From: Candidatus Multivoradales bacterium
Lineage (GTDB): Bacteria > Acidobacteriota > Thermoanaerobaculia > Multivoradales > JAHEKO01
DNA length: 64,000 bases
Assembly (NCBI GenBank): GCA_965223855.1
Contig: CBDCXM010000009.1
Span: forward strand, 3,072,001-3,136,000
Direction of reading: 5' to 3'
Shown here: one piece after another, positions 52,268-62,059 of the stretch
How the letters are laid out: each line of letters starts with the position of its first letter
Position numbering within the stretch: the first letter of the stretch is position 1
Program-made: the position numbers and the translations under genes
Notes under the pieces: generated by a model
What the model was told of the DNA's origin: nothing
The model's input: only the letters and a program-made list of their open reading frames with translations
Databases searched by the model: none

Positions 52268-53008
52268 CTAGCTCGAGCTCTCGGGCAGGTAGTCGCCGAG
52301 GAGGTTCCATTCCATGCCGTTTCCCCAGCCTGCGCCGTGGTCGCTCTCGTACCTGCCGGGAGGGGTCGGCTGGACGTGGTGAGAGCCGAACGTGAGCAGG
52401 CTCAGGAGCCGACGAGGGCGAAGATGCCTGCTGGCCCAGGCAAGAGGAGAGTCTCCGTGGGCATCTCGCGCCTCCGGATCGGCGCCGGCATCGAGGAGCA
52501 GGCGAATCGTCTCTTCTTCGGCATAGGCGGCTGCGCGATGCAGCGGCGTCTCGCCGCAGGTTCGGACGTCCCGCATGAAGGCACCGGTCTCGACACCGGG
52601 AGTGGTTCGAGCGTCGACCCGCGCACCACGCTCGAGGAGCAGCCGCACGACACGACTGTAGTAAGGCCTTCCGGCCTTGCAGAGGGCGCTGTGCAGCGCC
52701 GTCTCGCCGGTGTCGGCTTCTGAACCGTTGACGTCGGCCCCCTGAAGGAGCAGGAAGTCACAGACCTTCCAGTGACCGAAGAACGCTGCGTGGCGCAGTT
52801 CCTGGTCCAGGTCGAGAACGGTCAGGTCGCCACCGGCCCGCAGGACCGCCTTGAGCGCCGTCACGTCGTCGTAGTACACGAACCACGACAAGGGGCCGTG
52901 AGGGAGTCCGTCCGACAGAGCCTCTCGCCAGTCGGGAAGATCGAGGAGGTCGAGGACGAGGTCGGTTCTGCCGCGGCGAATGCGATCGACGATGACGGAT
53001 CGGTCCAT
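52268..53008 (-). CDS. Ankyrin repeat protein
   Basis: GETALHSAL, GETPLHRAA, GDSPLAWA ankyrin motifs. Confidence 0.9.
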   Translation of the reverse strand: MDRSVIVDRIRRGRTDLVLDLLDLPDWREALSDGLPHGPLSWFVYYDDVTALKAVLRAGGDLTVLDLDQELRHAAFFGHWKVCDFLLLQGADVNGSEADTGETALHSALCKAGRPYYSRVVRLLLERGARVDARTTPGVETGAFMRDVRTCGETPLHRAAAYAEEETIRLLLDAGADPEARDAHGDSPLAWASRHLRPRRLLSLLTFGSHHVQPTPPGRYESDHGAGWGNGMEWNLLGDYLPESSS

Positions 53009-53091
53009 GAAGGAGAGAGTAGCGCAGCCCCTTTACCGCGGATTCCCTGACGCCCGCTCACGAACGCCTCGATCCGCCGTTCTCGATTTGA

Positions 53092-53119
53092 AGTTGACAT
53101 AATATATCTTATCAGACTC
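53092..53119 (-). other. dif-like XerCD recombination site
   Basis: Minus strand GAGTCTGATAA-GATATA-TTATGTCAACT in 11-6-11 layout (E. coli dif GGTGCGCATAA-TGTATA-TTATGTTAAAT); an AT-rich island in intergenic high-GC DNA. Confidence 0.85.
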
Positions 53120-53351
53120 CATCTGCGCGCACTCAGAATGGGTCCGGCGCGCCTCTCCGGCTCGCCGGCTCTCCAACCCCTATCGCTGGACGATCGGATC
53201 GAGCCCCGGACCGACACTCTCCCTCGTGCCATCTCCCCTTCGGAATCTGTCCCCGGCGGCTCGTAGGCTCTATGGAGCCGCGCCCGACGACGCTCACGGT
53301 GCGAGTCCCGTAACCCGCCTGTCGTCAGACACTTGAGCCGATGCCGCGAAC

Positions 53352-53367
53352 TGGCTCGTCCCTTGCT
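53352..53367 (+). promoter_or_regulatory. Sigma54 -24/-12 promoter
   Basis: TGGCTCGTCCCTTGCT (GG-N10-GC) upstream of an operon encoding a sigma54 activator. Confidence 0.65.
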
Positions 53368-53509
53368 CCAGCAAGGCACCCGAGCGAACACCGGGCGTGA
53401 CGACCATCCCGGCACGCTGCAGGACCGCACTCGGCCTTCCGCACACCCCTCATCAGGCCGAGACGCGGCCGGCACGCCTCGAACGACTTCCGACAGGAGC
53501 CTTCTCCCC

Positions 53510-54430
53510 ATGCCACGGCGACAGACCCCCTTCCTACCCTCGACCCTCCTCATCCTGCTGTGTCCCCTCCTGGCGCCGCTACCGGCGCTCGCGGGAGGCG
53601 CCTGGCTTCCGGCGCCCGGCGACGGGGAGTTCGCCGTCGGCTACAGCCGCAAGACCGCACATACTTCCTGGGACGATTCCGGCGACGGCTTCGTCAACAC
53701 CGGCCGCTTCGAGAACCACGACTTCCGCTACACGTACCTGTCGGGCGAGTTCGGCCTCAGTGAGCGCTGGGCGGCCCACTTCCTGATCACCCATCTCGAC
53801 GGCCGCGAGGGGCCCACCGGAGAGCTCGAACGCAACAGCGGCCTTTCCGACGCCTGGTTTGGAGTCAAGTACGCGCTCACCACGGGCGAGCTGCGCACAG
53901 CCCTCGACCTCACCCTGCGGACTGCCGAGTTCTACGACATCGACGGACCCTACTCCCGCGATCTCTTCGATGATGACGGCGAGTTTCTCGGCCACAGCCC
54001 TGAGTGGCGCGGCCTTCTCAAGGAGGATCTCACTCTCGAGTGGCAGGTCGGCCGCTCTCTGCGCCAGGGCCGGCAATGGTTCGGAGGCTCGATCGGCTAC
54101 ACCTACCGCACCGGTGCACCGGCCGACCAGATCCCTCTCTCCCTCGAAGGAGGCTGGTGGCACCCCTCGAGGAAGGTCGCCGGCAAGCTCGCCGTCCTGG
54201 CGGTGAGGAGCCTCGGCAACGACTCGGAGCGTCGCGAGGGCGATCGCTTCGGCTCGCGGCCCGGATTCAACTTCAACGACGCCAGCATGGCCAGGCTGGG
54301 TGGCTCGATCCTGGTGCCGCTCGGAAGCAGTACTTCCTGGACGGTCGAAGCCGGGTATAACGTCTGGTTATGGGGCCGCTCCGCACGCCAGTACGAGGAA
54401 CCCTTCTTCGCCGTGAGTCGCCGGTTCTGA
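53510..54430 (+). CDS. Hypothetical outer-membrane beta-barrel protein
   Basis: Signal peptide (ALA-GGAW), alternating aromatic strands, C-terminal Phe (FFAVSRRF). Confidence 0.7.
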   Translation: MPRRQTPFLPSTLLILLCPLLAPLPALAGGAWLPAPGDGEFAVGYSRKTAHTSWDDSGDGFVNTGRFENHDFRYTYLSGEFGLSERWAAHFLITHLDGREGPTGELERNSGLSDAWFGVKYALTTGELRTALDLTLRTAEFYDIDGPYSRDLFDDDGEFLGHSPEWRGLLKEDLTLEWQVGRSLRQGRQWFGGSIGYTYRTGAPADQIPLSLEGGWWHPSRKVAGKLAVLAVRSLGNDSERREGDRFGSRPGFNFNDASMARLGGSILVPLGSSTSWTVEAGYNVWLWGRSARQYEEPFFAVSRRF

Positions 54431-56064
54431 GCCCACGCACGTCCGGCGGCCCGTGGAGCGCTTCGGTGGCGCTCCTTCTCATCGTCGGTCTTCTCGTTCT
54501 CAACGGCGCGGCAATCCGAGAAATCGTCAGTGCACGCGACCGGGCGCGCGCGCTCGCGCAACTCGAGCTCGACCTGCGGGTCGAAGAGCGCTCGCAGGCG
54601 CTGCGTGCCACTCTGGCAGGCCTGCTCCGGGACCTCGCTCAGCTCGCCGACTCCCCACCCCTTGCGGCTGTGCCGGAGCGACTGACGGGCGACGACCCCC
54701 TCGCCAGCCGCTGGGCACGACTCGACGCCGAGGGAGCCTTGCTCCTGTTCGCTCAGCCCCGCCCGGCGGTGAAGGCTCTGGCGCTGGTGGACGAGAGAGG
54801 AGCCGCGGTTCTCGGCGTCCACCGGCGCGGAGACACCCTCCTGTCCGGCCCCTCACTGCGGCCGGGGCCCTCAGCGCTGATCGAAGGGGACGGTCCAGCT
54901 CTCCCGGCGGCTTCGTGGCTCGCCGCCTCCGTTCCGCTCCCCTCCTCCGCTGCGCGCCTCGAAATCCGCATCGACCCGGACCTCGCCCTTCCCGAGGAAC
55001 CGGCGGGCTACGAGCTCGCCGTGTCACCGATCGGCGGCCAGCCTGCGGAATCCACAGGCGAGACCGCCCTTGCAGAAGGCACGGCCGCTCCAATCGAAGC
55101 GAGCCGCAACATCCCCATCGAGGGCTGGCAGCCGGCCTCCGAGCTTCAGATCGTCGGTCGCCAGCAACCGTCCGGCGGTCAGCTGACGACAATGGAACTC
55201 GCCTCCCGGTATCGCCGCACGGTGCTGTGGAACCTGGTCGTCATCGCCGCCCTCTCCGCGACCGTCCTGCTGGCGCTCATCCAGCTCCGCCGGCGCGCCC
55301 GCGCCGAGGCCGCCGCAGCCCACGAGCGGCGGGTCCGGGACCTGGAGCGAGGCCTCGTGCACAAAGAGCGGCTGGCGAGCGTCGGCCGGTTCGCGGCCGG
55401 CATCGCGCACGAGGTCAACAACCCGCTCACCGGATCGTCAAACCACCTGAGCCTGCTGGAAAGCCGCCTCGACGACAGCGACATCGAAGCCGCCCGCAGC
55501 GAGGTCGGCAGGGTGCGCGAGGGGCTCGAGCGCGCCGCCGGCATCGTGCGCCGGACGCTGACCTACGCCGATTCCGGCGCCGAGGTGCGCACCCCGGTAA
55601 GCCTGGTGGAGTCGGCGGAGGAGGCGATCCGCTTTCTGCGCCCCCGCTTCCCGGAGATCCGCTTCGAGCTCGGCTCCCCCGCCGCGCCGATCGTCGTCGC
55701 CAACCCCGTCGCCCTCGGCCAGGTGTTTCTCAATCTGCTGACCAACGCCTGTGAGGTTCAGCGGGGTACCGGAGAGGTGGCGATCCGCCTCGACCTGTGC
55801 GATAGCGTCGCGAGCGTGACGATAGAAGATTCCGGTCCCGGCCTTTCGGACGAAGCGCTGGAGCGGCTCTTCGAGCCGTTCTTCTCCACCCGCGGCTCGA
55901 CCGGCCTCGGGTTGTCGATCTGCCACGGAATCGTCACCGAGCACGGCGGCACGCTTCGAGCGGCGAATCGCGCCGGTGGCGGGGCTCGCTTCACCATCGA
56001 GTTGCCCGCCGCCGAACCCTCCGGGCCAACAGCTGCCGTCTCCTCCACCGGGCTTGCAGGATGA
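54427..56064 (+). CDS. Membrane sensor histidine kinase (NtrB-like)
   Basis: Two TMs; GIAHEVNNPL H-box, NLLTNA, DSGPG, FEPFFSTR, GLGL; start uncertain. Confidence 0.92.
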   Translation: MSPRTSGGPWSASVALLLIVGLLVLNGAAIREIVSARDRARALAQLELDLRVEERSQALRATLAGLLRDLAQLADSPPLAAVPERLTGDDPLASRWARLDAEGALLLFAQPRPAVKALALVDERGAAVLGVHRRGDTLLSGPSLRPGPSALIEGDGPALPAASWLAASVPLPSSAARLEIRIDPDLALPEEPAGYELAVSPIGGQPAESTGETALAEGTAAPIEASRNIPIEGWQPASELQIVGRQQPSGGQLTTMELASRYRRTVLWNLVVIAALSATVLLALIQLRRRARAEAAAAHERRVRDLERGLVHKERLASVGRFAAGIAHEVNNPLTGSSNHLSLLESRLDDSDIEAARSEVGRVREGLERAAGIVRRTLTYADSGAEVRTPVSLVESAEEAIRFLRPRFPEIRFELGSPAAPIVVANPVALGQVFLNLLTNACEVQRGTGEVAIRLDLCDSVASVTIEDSGPGLSDEALERLFEPFFSTRGSTGLGLSICHGIVTEHGGTLRAANRAGGGARFTIELPAAEPSGPTAAVSSTGLAG

Positions 56065-57431
56065 CAGCCGCCTCCGGCAGTCCGCCGGCGCGGGCGACCA
56101 TTCTGGTCGTCGACGACGAGCCGTACGTCCGCGACTCGTTGGCAGCTCTCCTCGAGAGTCGAGGTTTCCGCACCCGTAGCGCCGGGTCGGTCTCCGAGGC
56201 GCTCGAGGACGGTCGGCTGGCCGGAGTCGATCTGGTGTTGAGCGACCTCAGCATGCCGGAGGCCGGAGGGCTCGAGCTGGTTCGTGCTCTCGCCAGGGCG
56301 GGAGGGCCACCGATCGTCATCCTCACCGCCCACGGGACGGTCGGCTCCGCCGTCGATTGCATGCGAGCCGGTGCCGTCGACTATCTCCTCAAGCCGACCG
56401 ATCCCGACGAACTGACCCTGAAGCTCGACCGGGTCCTGACTCGGACCGAGGAGCACCGCGAGCTGGAGTACCTACGCTCCCGGACCGAGTCCGCCGACGC
56501 ACGGCGCCGTCTCGTCGGCAGTTCGAAGGCCTGGACGAAGGCGGTCGGGCTCGCCCGTACCGCAGCCCCCGCCGACACCTCTGTCCTCCTTCTCGGCGAG
56601 TCCGGGACCGGCAAGGAGATGCTCGCCGGGTTGCTCCACCGCGAGAGCCCGCGGGCGGAGCGACCGTTCGTCGCCGTCAACTGCGCAGCGATTCCCGACG
56701 AGCTGTTCGAGAGCGAGTTCTTCGGCCATCGCAAGGGCGCCTTCACGGGCGCGGTCAGCGATCGCGACGGCCGCTTCCGGATCGCTCACGGCGGGACGCT
56801 CTTCCTCGACGAGGTCGACTCCCTCTCCCCCACCGCCCAGGCGAAGGTGTTGCGGGTGCTCGAGGAGGGAACCTTCCAGAGGGTCGGGGATTCCGAGTCG
56901 ACGCTCGTCGACGTTCGCGTCGTCTGCGCCACCAACTCCGACCTCAGAAGTCGCGTCGCCGAGAAGCTGTTCCGCGAGGACCTCTACTACCGCATCGCGG
57001 TGTTCGAGATCATGGTGCCGGCGCTCCGCGATCGGCCCGGCGACATTGCGGAGCTCGCCGCACACTTCGCCCGCACTCTGGCGCCAAGGCTCGGCAAGGC
57101 GGTCGCACCGCCGGACGAGGAGACCCTGGAGCTGCTGGAGGCCTACTCCTGGCCGGGCAACGTCCGCGAACTGCGCAACGTCATCGAGCGGGCCTTGCTC
57201 CTCGAACAGGGCGAGCGACTGCGGCCCGAGAGCCTCCCTTCGCTGGTCGTCGAAGGCGCCGCCGAGGGGCGCCCCGGCACGCTGCGCGAGGCGCTGGCGG
57301 CGGAAGAGCGGCGGCTCATTCTCCGCAGCCTCGAGGAGGCCGACGGGGTGAAGCGCGAGGCGGCGAGGAGGCTCGGAATCGATGAGCGGAACATGGGCTA
57401 CTACCTGCGCAAGCACGGGCTGCGCAAGTGA
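56061..57431 (+). CDS. Sigma54-dependent response regulator (NtrC family)
   Basis: REC domain (VDDE, SDLSMP), GESGTGKE, GAFTGA, WPGNVREL, HTH. Confidence 0.95.
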   Translation: MTAASGSPPARATILVVDDEPYVRDSLAALLESRGFRTRSAGSVSEALEDGRLAGVDLVLSDLSMPEAGGLELVRALARAGGPPIVILTAHGTVGSAVDCMRAGAVDYLLKPTDPDELTLKLDRVLTRTEEHRELEYLRSRTESADARRRLVGSSKAWTKAVGLARTAAPADTSVLLLGESGTGKEMLAGLLHRESPRAERPFVAVNCAAIPDELFESEFFGHRKGAFTGAVSDRDGRFRIAHGGTLFLDEVDSLSPTAQAKVLRVLEEGTFQRVGDSESTLVDVRVVCATNSDLRSRVAEKLFREDLYYRIAVFEIMVPALRDRPGDIAELAAHFARTLAPRLGKAVAPPDEETLELLEAYSWPGNVRELRNVIERALLLEQGERLRPESLPSLVVEGAAEGRPGTLREALAAEERRLILRSLEEADGVKREAARRLGIDERNMGYYLRKHGLRK

Positions 57432-59173
57432 AGCCGATCGCGCCCGGGGCGGCGGCGCAGGAAACCGCAGGCGACAGGAAGCCGACCTCGACAGCACTCT
57501 TCGTGGCCGGCTGCCTGACGCTGTGTCTTCTGGGCGTCGCCTGCGACGAGCGCAGGACCGCCCGGTCCGCCCGGGCCGCCCTTGGGGCGCCCGAAGCCTC
57601 TGACGAAGCGACGGCGGCCGGTGCCGCCTTCGACGTCCTGAGCCCGCCCCCCGGGATCGACTTCTCTCACGACAACGGAGCGACTGTCGACCGCCTCCTG
57701 CCGGAAACGATGGGGTCCGGCGTCGCCGTCTTCGACTACGACGGCGACGGCCGCTACGACCTCTTCTTCGTCAACGGCTCGCCGCAGAGCGCCGCCGCCC
57801 TCTACCGCAACCTCGGCGACGGCCGCTTCGAGGACGTGACGTCGCGTGCCGACGCCGGTGTCCGCCTGACGGGCATGGGCGTCGCAGCGGCGGACGTCGA
57901 TGGGGACGGCGCCGTCGATCTCTTCGTTTCGGGGGTCGGTGGGGATCTGCTGCTGAGCAACCGCGGCGACGGCACGTTCCGCTCCGAGCCCGGCTGGATC
58001 AGTGCCCTGGAGCCCGGTTTCTCCTCGAGCGCCGCCTTCCTCGACGTCGATGCCGACGGCCGGCTCGACCTGTTCGTCGGTCGCTATGTGACGTGGTCGC
58101 CGGAGAGCGACGTCGCCTGCCGTCCGGACGGCGAGCACCGTACGTACTGCACCCCCGAGGTCTATCCCGGAGCAAGCAACCGCCTGCTGCGCAATCGTGG
58201 AGACCGCCGCGGCTTCGCCGCCGCGACCGCCGCCTCCGGGCTCGACCTCTCCGAAGGCAAGACGCTCGGGGTCGTCCCGCTCGACTTCGATCGCGACGGG
58301 CTCGTTGACCTCGCGGTCGGCAACGACACGGTGCGCAACTTCCTCTTCCGCAACCTGGGCGGAACGTTCGAAGAGGTCGGAATGGAGCGGGGCATCGCCC
58401 TGAGCGACTCGGGCGCACCGCGCGGCGCGATGGGGATCGACGCCGGCGACCTCTCGAGTCGCGGAGACGTCGACCTCGTGATCGGCAATTTCGCTCTGGA
58501 GATGGCGGGTCTTTACCGCAACCGCGGCAGCGGTTTCTACAGCGACGGGGCCGCCCTGCTCGGGCTCGGCATCCCGACCCTCCAGACGCTCGCCTTCGGC
58601 ACGGTCGCTACCGACCTCGACCTCGACGGCCGATGCGACATCGTCTTCGCCAACGGCCACATCGAGCCGGACATCGCCGTCGTCCGACCCGGTCAGAGCT
58701 ATGCACAGCCGCTCCAGGTCTTCCGCCAGCGCGGCGACGGCACCGGCTTCGATCTGCTCGACTCGGGCGAGCTGGCAGCCGGCTACGTCGGCCGCGGACT
58801 CGCCACCGGCGATCTGGACGGCGACGGAGACGCCGACCTCGTCCTGACCCAGAACGGAGGCCGACCGGTGATCCTCGCCAATCGTCTTGCCGAACGACCC
58901 GGCCTGACGGTGCGCCCGGTCGCCGTCCGCTCGAGCCCCGCCTTCGGCACGGCCGTCTCGGCCGTCAACGCCCGCACGCCGTCGGGCTTCGAACAGGCAC
59001 TCGTCGCCGGCGGTTCCTATCTGTCGGCCTCGGCGCCGGAGCTCATCTTCGCTCCGTCGGCTTCCCAGGAGCCGACGACGCTCGACGTCAGATGGCCCGA
59101 CGGCCGCCGGTCTCGACTGGCGGCGGCTGCGGCGGGCGGGCACACTCTCGTCCTGCCGAGCCCTGGGGGCTGA
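57428..59173 (+). CDS. CRTAC1-family lipoprotein (FG-GAP repeats plus ASPIC/UnbV)
   Basis: Lipobox VAC, PETMGSG, repeated DxDGDGxxDL, GSYLS...VRWPDG. Confidence 0.9.
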   Translation: MKPIAPGAAAQETAGDRKPTSTALFVAGCLTLCLLGVACDERRTARSARAALGAPEASDEATAAGAAFDVLSPPPGIDFSHDNGATVDRLLPETMGSGVAVFDYDGDGRYDLFFVNGSPQSAAALYRNLGDGRFEDVTSRADAGVRLTGMGVAAADVDGDGAVDLFVSGVGGDLLLSNRGDGTFRSEPGWISALEPGFSSSAAFLDVDADGRLDLFVGRYVTWSPESDVACRPDGEHRTYCTPEVYPGASNRLLRNRGDRRGFAAATAASGLDLSEGKTLGVVPLDFDRDGLVDLAVGNDTVRNFLFRNLGGTFEEVGMERGIALSDSGAPRGAMGIDAGDLSSRGDVDLVIGNFALEMAGLYRNRGSGFYSDGAALLGLGIPTLQTLAFGTVATDLDLDGRCDIVFANGHIEPDIAVVRPGQSYAQPLQVFRQRGDGTGFDLLDSGELAAGYVGRGLATGDLDGDGDADLVLTQNGGRPVILANRLAERPGLTVRPVAVRSSPAFGTAVSAVNARTPSGFEQALVAGGSYLSASAPELIFAPSASQEPTTLDVRWPDGRRSRLAAAAAGGHTLVLPSPGG

Positions 59174-59213
59174 CGGCTCCCGCCCGCAAACAGGAGTTCG
59201 CTACCGCAGCTCT

Positions 59214-59831
59214 CTACTCCGAGACGGCGAGACTCCCGATCCAGGCGTCAAACGCTTCGGCGTTCGCGGTCACGGTCCCCTCCGGTCCGGTGAGCTTGAA
59301 GAACCAGTTCGAGTCCGGGCCCTGCGCGATCGCCCCCAACAGCATGTAGCCCGGGAACGGGCCGGACGGCCCGGCACCCATCCGCATGCCGCCGTCGTAG
59401 GTCCCACGGGTTTCCACCCTCAGAATCCCGAGCCCGCTCACCTCGAGGTCACGCACCGACGAGTCGCTGCTCGGGCCGCCGTCGGCGCCGGTGAACTGCT
59501 GCAACCACCGGTTCACGTTCGCCTCGACATCTCCCCCCTGGCCGGGGCCGAAATAGAAGACGACCGCCTCGGCATCGGCATCGCCCTCGACACCAGGCAC
59601 CCGGAATTGAGCACGCCTCATCGAGGACGAGGGACGCTCCTCCACCCAGCCGTCCGGGGCGGTCCATTGCAGCCGGCCGCCCGGGCCTGCGGTCGACGTC
59701 GCCGGCGGCACCTCGGACACCGGCGACCCGGCGTTCTCTGACGACGACTCCTTCGCGCACGCCGCTCCGAAGAGCGTCCAGGCGACTACGACAACGGCAA
59801 GACCGAACCCGTCCTTCGAGTGTTTGCTCAT
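59214..59831 (-). CDS. Hypothetical lipoprotein
   Basis: Lipobox AAC; SSMRRAQF, GGDVEANVNRW, WFFKLTGP. Confidence 0.75.
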   Translation of the reverse strand: MSKHSKDGFGLAVVVVAWTLFGAACAKESSSENAGSPVSEVPPATSTAGPGGRLQWTAPDGWVEERPSSSMRRAQFRVPGVEGDADAEAVVFYFGPGQGGDVEANVNRWLQQFTGADGGPSSDSSVRDLEVSGLGILRVETRGTYDGGMRMGAGPSGPFPGYMLLGAIAQGPDSNWFFKLTGPEGTVTANAEAFDAWIGSLAVSE

Positions 59832-59869
59832 CGGTCGAGGCTACCGCACCCGACCGGTTCCGGCTGCGG

Positions 59870-62059
59870 TCAGTAGACGACGACCGGGATCGTACCGACG
59901 GCCGGTGAAGAGCCGCCGGCACCCGTAGCGACAACCTCCAGCGTGTAGTCGCCGGGGGAGATCGATCCCAGGAGCAGTGTGGCCGCCAGGCGCTGCGCTC
60001 CACCGAGCGTCCCCTGGCCGCCCAGGCTGACCGACGCGTCCAACGGCTCTCCGCCCTCCGCCGGCACGAAGCGCGCCGAGAGCTCCGGCTCCTCGCTATC
60101 GAATCCGTGGGCGAGCAGCATCAGCGGAACCGCCTGACCGGCCGGCAGGATCGGCGCGGCCGCCGGCGCCAGATTGCGCCCCGACGAGGTCTTCAACGGT
60201 TCGCGCACTTCACGCCCCTGTTGGCTCGACTCCTTCCCCATCAGCCAGAGCCCCTGCGGCTCGATGAAGAGCGGCGGCGAAACGATCGGTGCGCCGGCTG
60301 CGAAATCGGGTACGACCACCGTCGCCGCCGCCAGCCCCGACGCCCCGGTGACGGCATTGCGCGCCAGCGCCCGGATCTCGTAGCGGCCGGCGCCGAGCTC
60401 GAAGTGACCGGCGAACTTGAAGCCCCGGGCATCGAGCGCCGACCCGACCCGCGGCAGGTCGAGCAGGACCCCCTCGGAGAAGTAGTCGGTGGCCGTGCCG
60501 CTCGCCGAGATGGCGTAGGCGAAGATCTCGACCGGGAGACGATCGCCGGCGTGGTCCTGCCGCAGCGCAAAGCCGTCGACCTCGACCCAGGTCGACACGT
60601 ACGCCCTACCCCCCTCGCCTCGGAACGGCACGGCGAGGACGGAGACCGGGATCTCGCCACCGACCTCGCCACCCAGCACGCGCTCCGCCGTGGCGAACTG
60701 ACGCTCCTCGGGCGAGAGGTCGGCGTACGAGCGCGGCGCGTAGTAGCCCGGGCGATGCGACACGCGAGCCCCCTTCCCCGCCCCCTTCAGCCGCACCTCG
60801 ATCGGGTGGTAGCTGCCATCGAAGGCGAGCCCCTCGGGCGCCACGCTCAGCAGGTAGGTGACGCTGGTGCGCTCGAGCATCTCGCCCATCGCCACCGACA
60901 GGTCGTTGTAGTTGCGATAGAACTCGCCGCCGGTCTGGTCGGCCATGATGAAGAGGCCGTCCTGCCCGGCCGAGCGGTCCTGGGCGGTCCCTCCGGCCAC
61001 CGTGCCCGCCCGCAACCCGGCGATATCGACCGCCTGGATGGCGCAGTCGCAGCGCCGGAACCGCTCGAGCATGTCGAACACCCCATCCTGAGCCTGCGAG
61101 TTGCCGAAGCGCTCGTCGGAGTCGACCCGGTGTACCTCCCCGAACTGCGCGTCGAGCGTCATCTCCCGCACCCGCTCCTGATCCTCGGTGCCGAGCATCA
61201 CCGAGCTGTCGAACCCTTCCGACAGATAGACGACGTGCTTGCGGCCGCTCGTCGCCGCCAGGTATCCGGCGAGTTCCTCGAGCGAGCCGCTGAGGTTGAG
61301 AATCTGGTTGATCTGCTGGGTGCGCTCGTTGCGCGCGGCGAAACCGCTCAGGTCGCGAATGATCTCGAGGAAGATGCCGTCGCGGTTCGCGCCTTCGCCT
61401 CCTGCCGGACCGAACGTCGCCCCTCCCCCCTGGCCGATCAGATCCTCGAGCCCCGGCTGGATCACCAGCTTGAGTGGGTCGCCCTTGCGAGCGACGGGGT
61501 CGAGCAGGCCGAGCGAGTCGATGGCGGCGCCGAGCTGCAGACGATCGCTGGTGAAGCCGAGCACCAGGTCGGCACCGCGCGTTTCCGCGTAGGTCGCCAC
61601 GGCGACGAAGTCGGTCGCGTGCAACCCCTCGGCGACGAAGTCGTGTGCCGCCGCGCGCGCCTTGACGACCGAACCCGGATTCGAGAAGGAAAGATCGAAC
61701 AGCAGCAGGAAGTGCCGCCGCGCCGCCACCGGCACGCCGGGACCGACCGCAGTTTCCACCGACTCCTCGACCTCGGCCAGATCGACGACCTCGAAGCCGA
61801 CGATCGGCAGCTCCTTCTTCCCCTCGACGACGCGGAAGTCCTCCGCATCCAGCCCCCGGACCGGGTCGCCGTCCCTGACGACGTGGACGGGGATTTCGAC
61901 CTGAAGCACGTCGGCTCGCGAGCCGAACGGACGATCGGCTCCCCGCTCCTGGGCGCCGACGGGCATTCCGGAGCCGACGCCTGCCGCAAGCAGCAGGAGG
62001 GCGGCTGCCCGGACAGGAATCCTCGAGGCGGTTCCGCTGTATTCTCTCTTCGTGCGCAC
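59870..62059 (-). CDS. VWA domain-containing secreted protein (acidobacterial VWFA-related)
   Basis: PVRGLDAEDF, FDLSFS, GRKHVVYLSEG, ADQTGG, HRPGYY; start uncertain. Confidence 0.85.
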   Translation of the reverse strand: MRTKREYSGTASRIPVRAAALLLLAAGVGSGMPVGAQERGADRPFGSRADVLQVEIPVHVVRDGDPVRGLDAEDFRVVEGKKELPIVGFEVVDLAEVEESVETAVGPGVPVAARRHFLLLFDLSFSNPGSVVKARAAAHDFVAEGLHATDFVAVATYAETRGADLVLGFTSDRLQLGAAIDSLGLLDPVARKGDPLKLVIQPGLEDLIGQGGGATFGPAGGEGANRDGIFLEIIRDLSGFAARNERTQQINQILNLSGSLEELAGYLAATSGRKHVVYLSEGFDSSVMLGTEDQERVREMTLDAQFGEVHRVDSDERFGNSQAQDGVFDMLERFRRCDCAIQAVDIAGLRAGTVAGGTAQDRSAGQDGLFIMADQTGGEFYRNYNDLSVAMGEMLERTSVTYLLSVAPEGLAFDGSYHPIEVRLKGAGKGARVSHRPGYYAPRSYADLSPEERQFATAERVLGGEVGGEIPVSVLAVPFRGEGGRAYVSTWVEVDGFALRQDHAGDRLPVEIFAYAISASGTATDYFSEGVLLDLPRVGSALDARGFKFAGHFELGAGRYEIRALARNAVTGASGLAAATVVVPDFAAGAPIVSPPLFIEPQGLWLMGKESSQQGREVREPLKTSSGRNLAPAAAPILPAGQAVPLMLLAHGFDSEEPELSARFVPAEGGEPLDASVSLGGQGTLGGAQRLAATLLLGSISPGDYTLEVVATGAGGSSPAVGTIPVVVY

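Noticed and set aside
53094-53120. TTGACA read as a sigma70 -35
   Set aside because: No -10 at proper spacing; the hexamer is part of the dif XerD arm.
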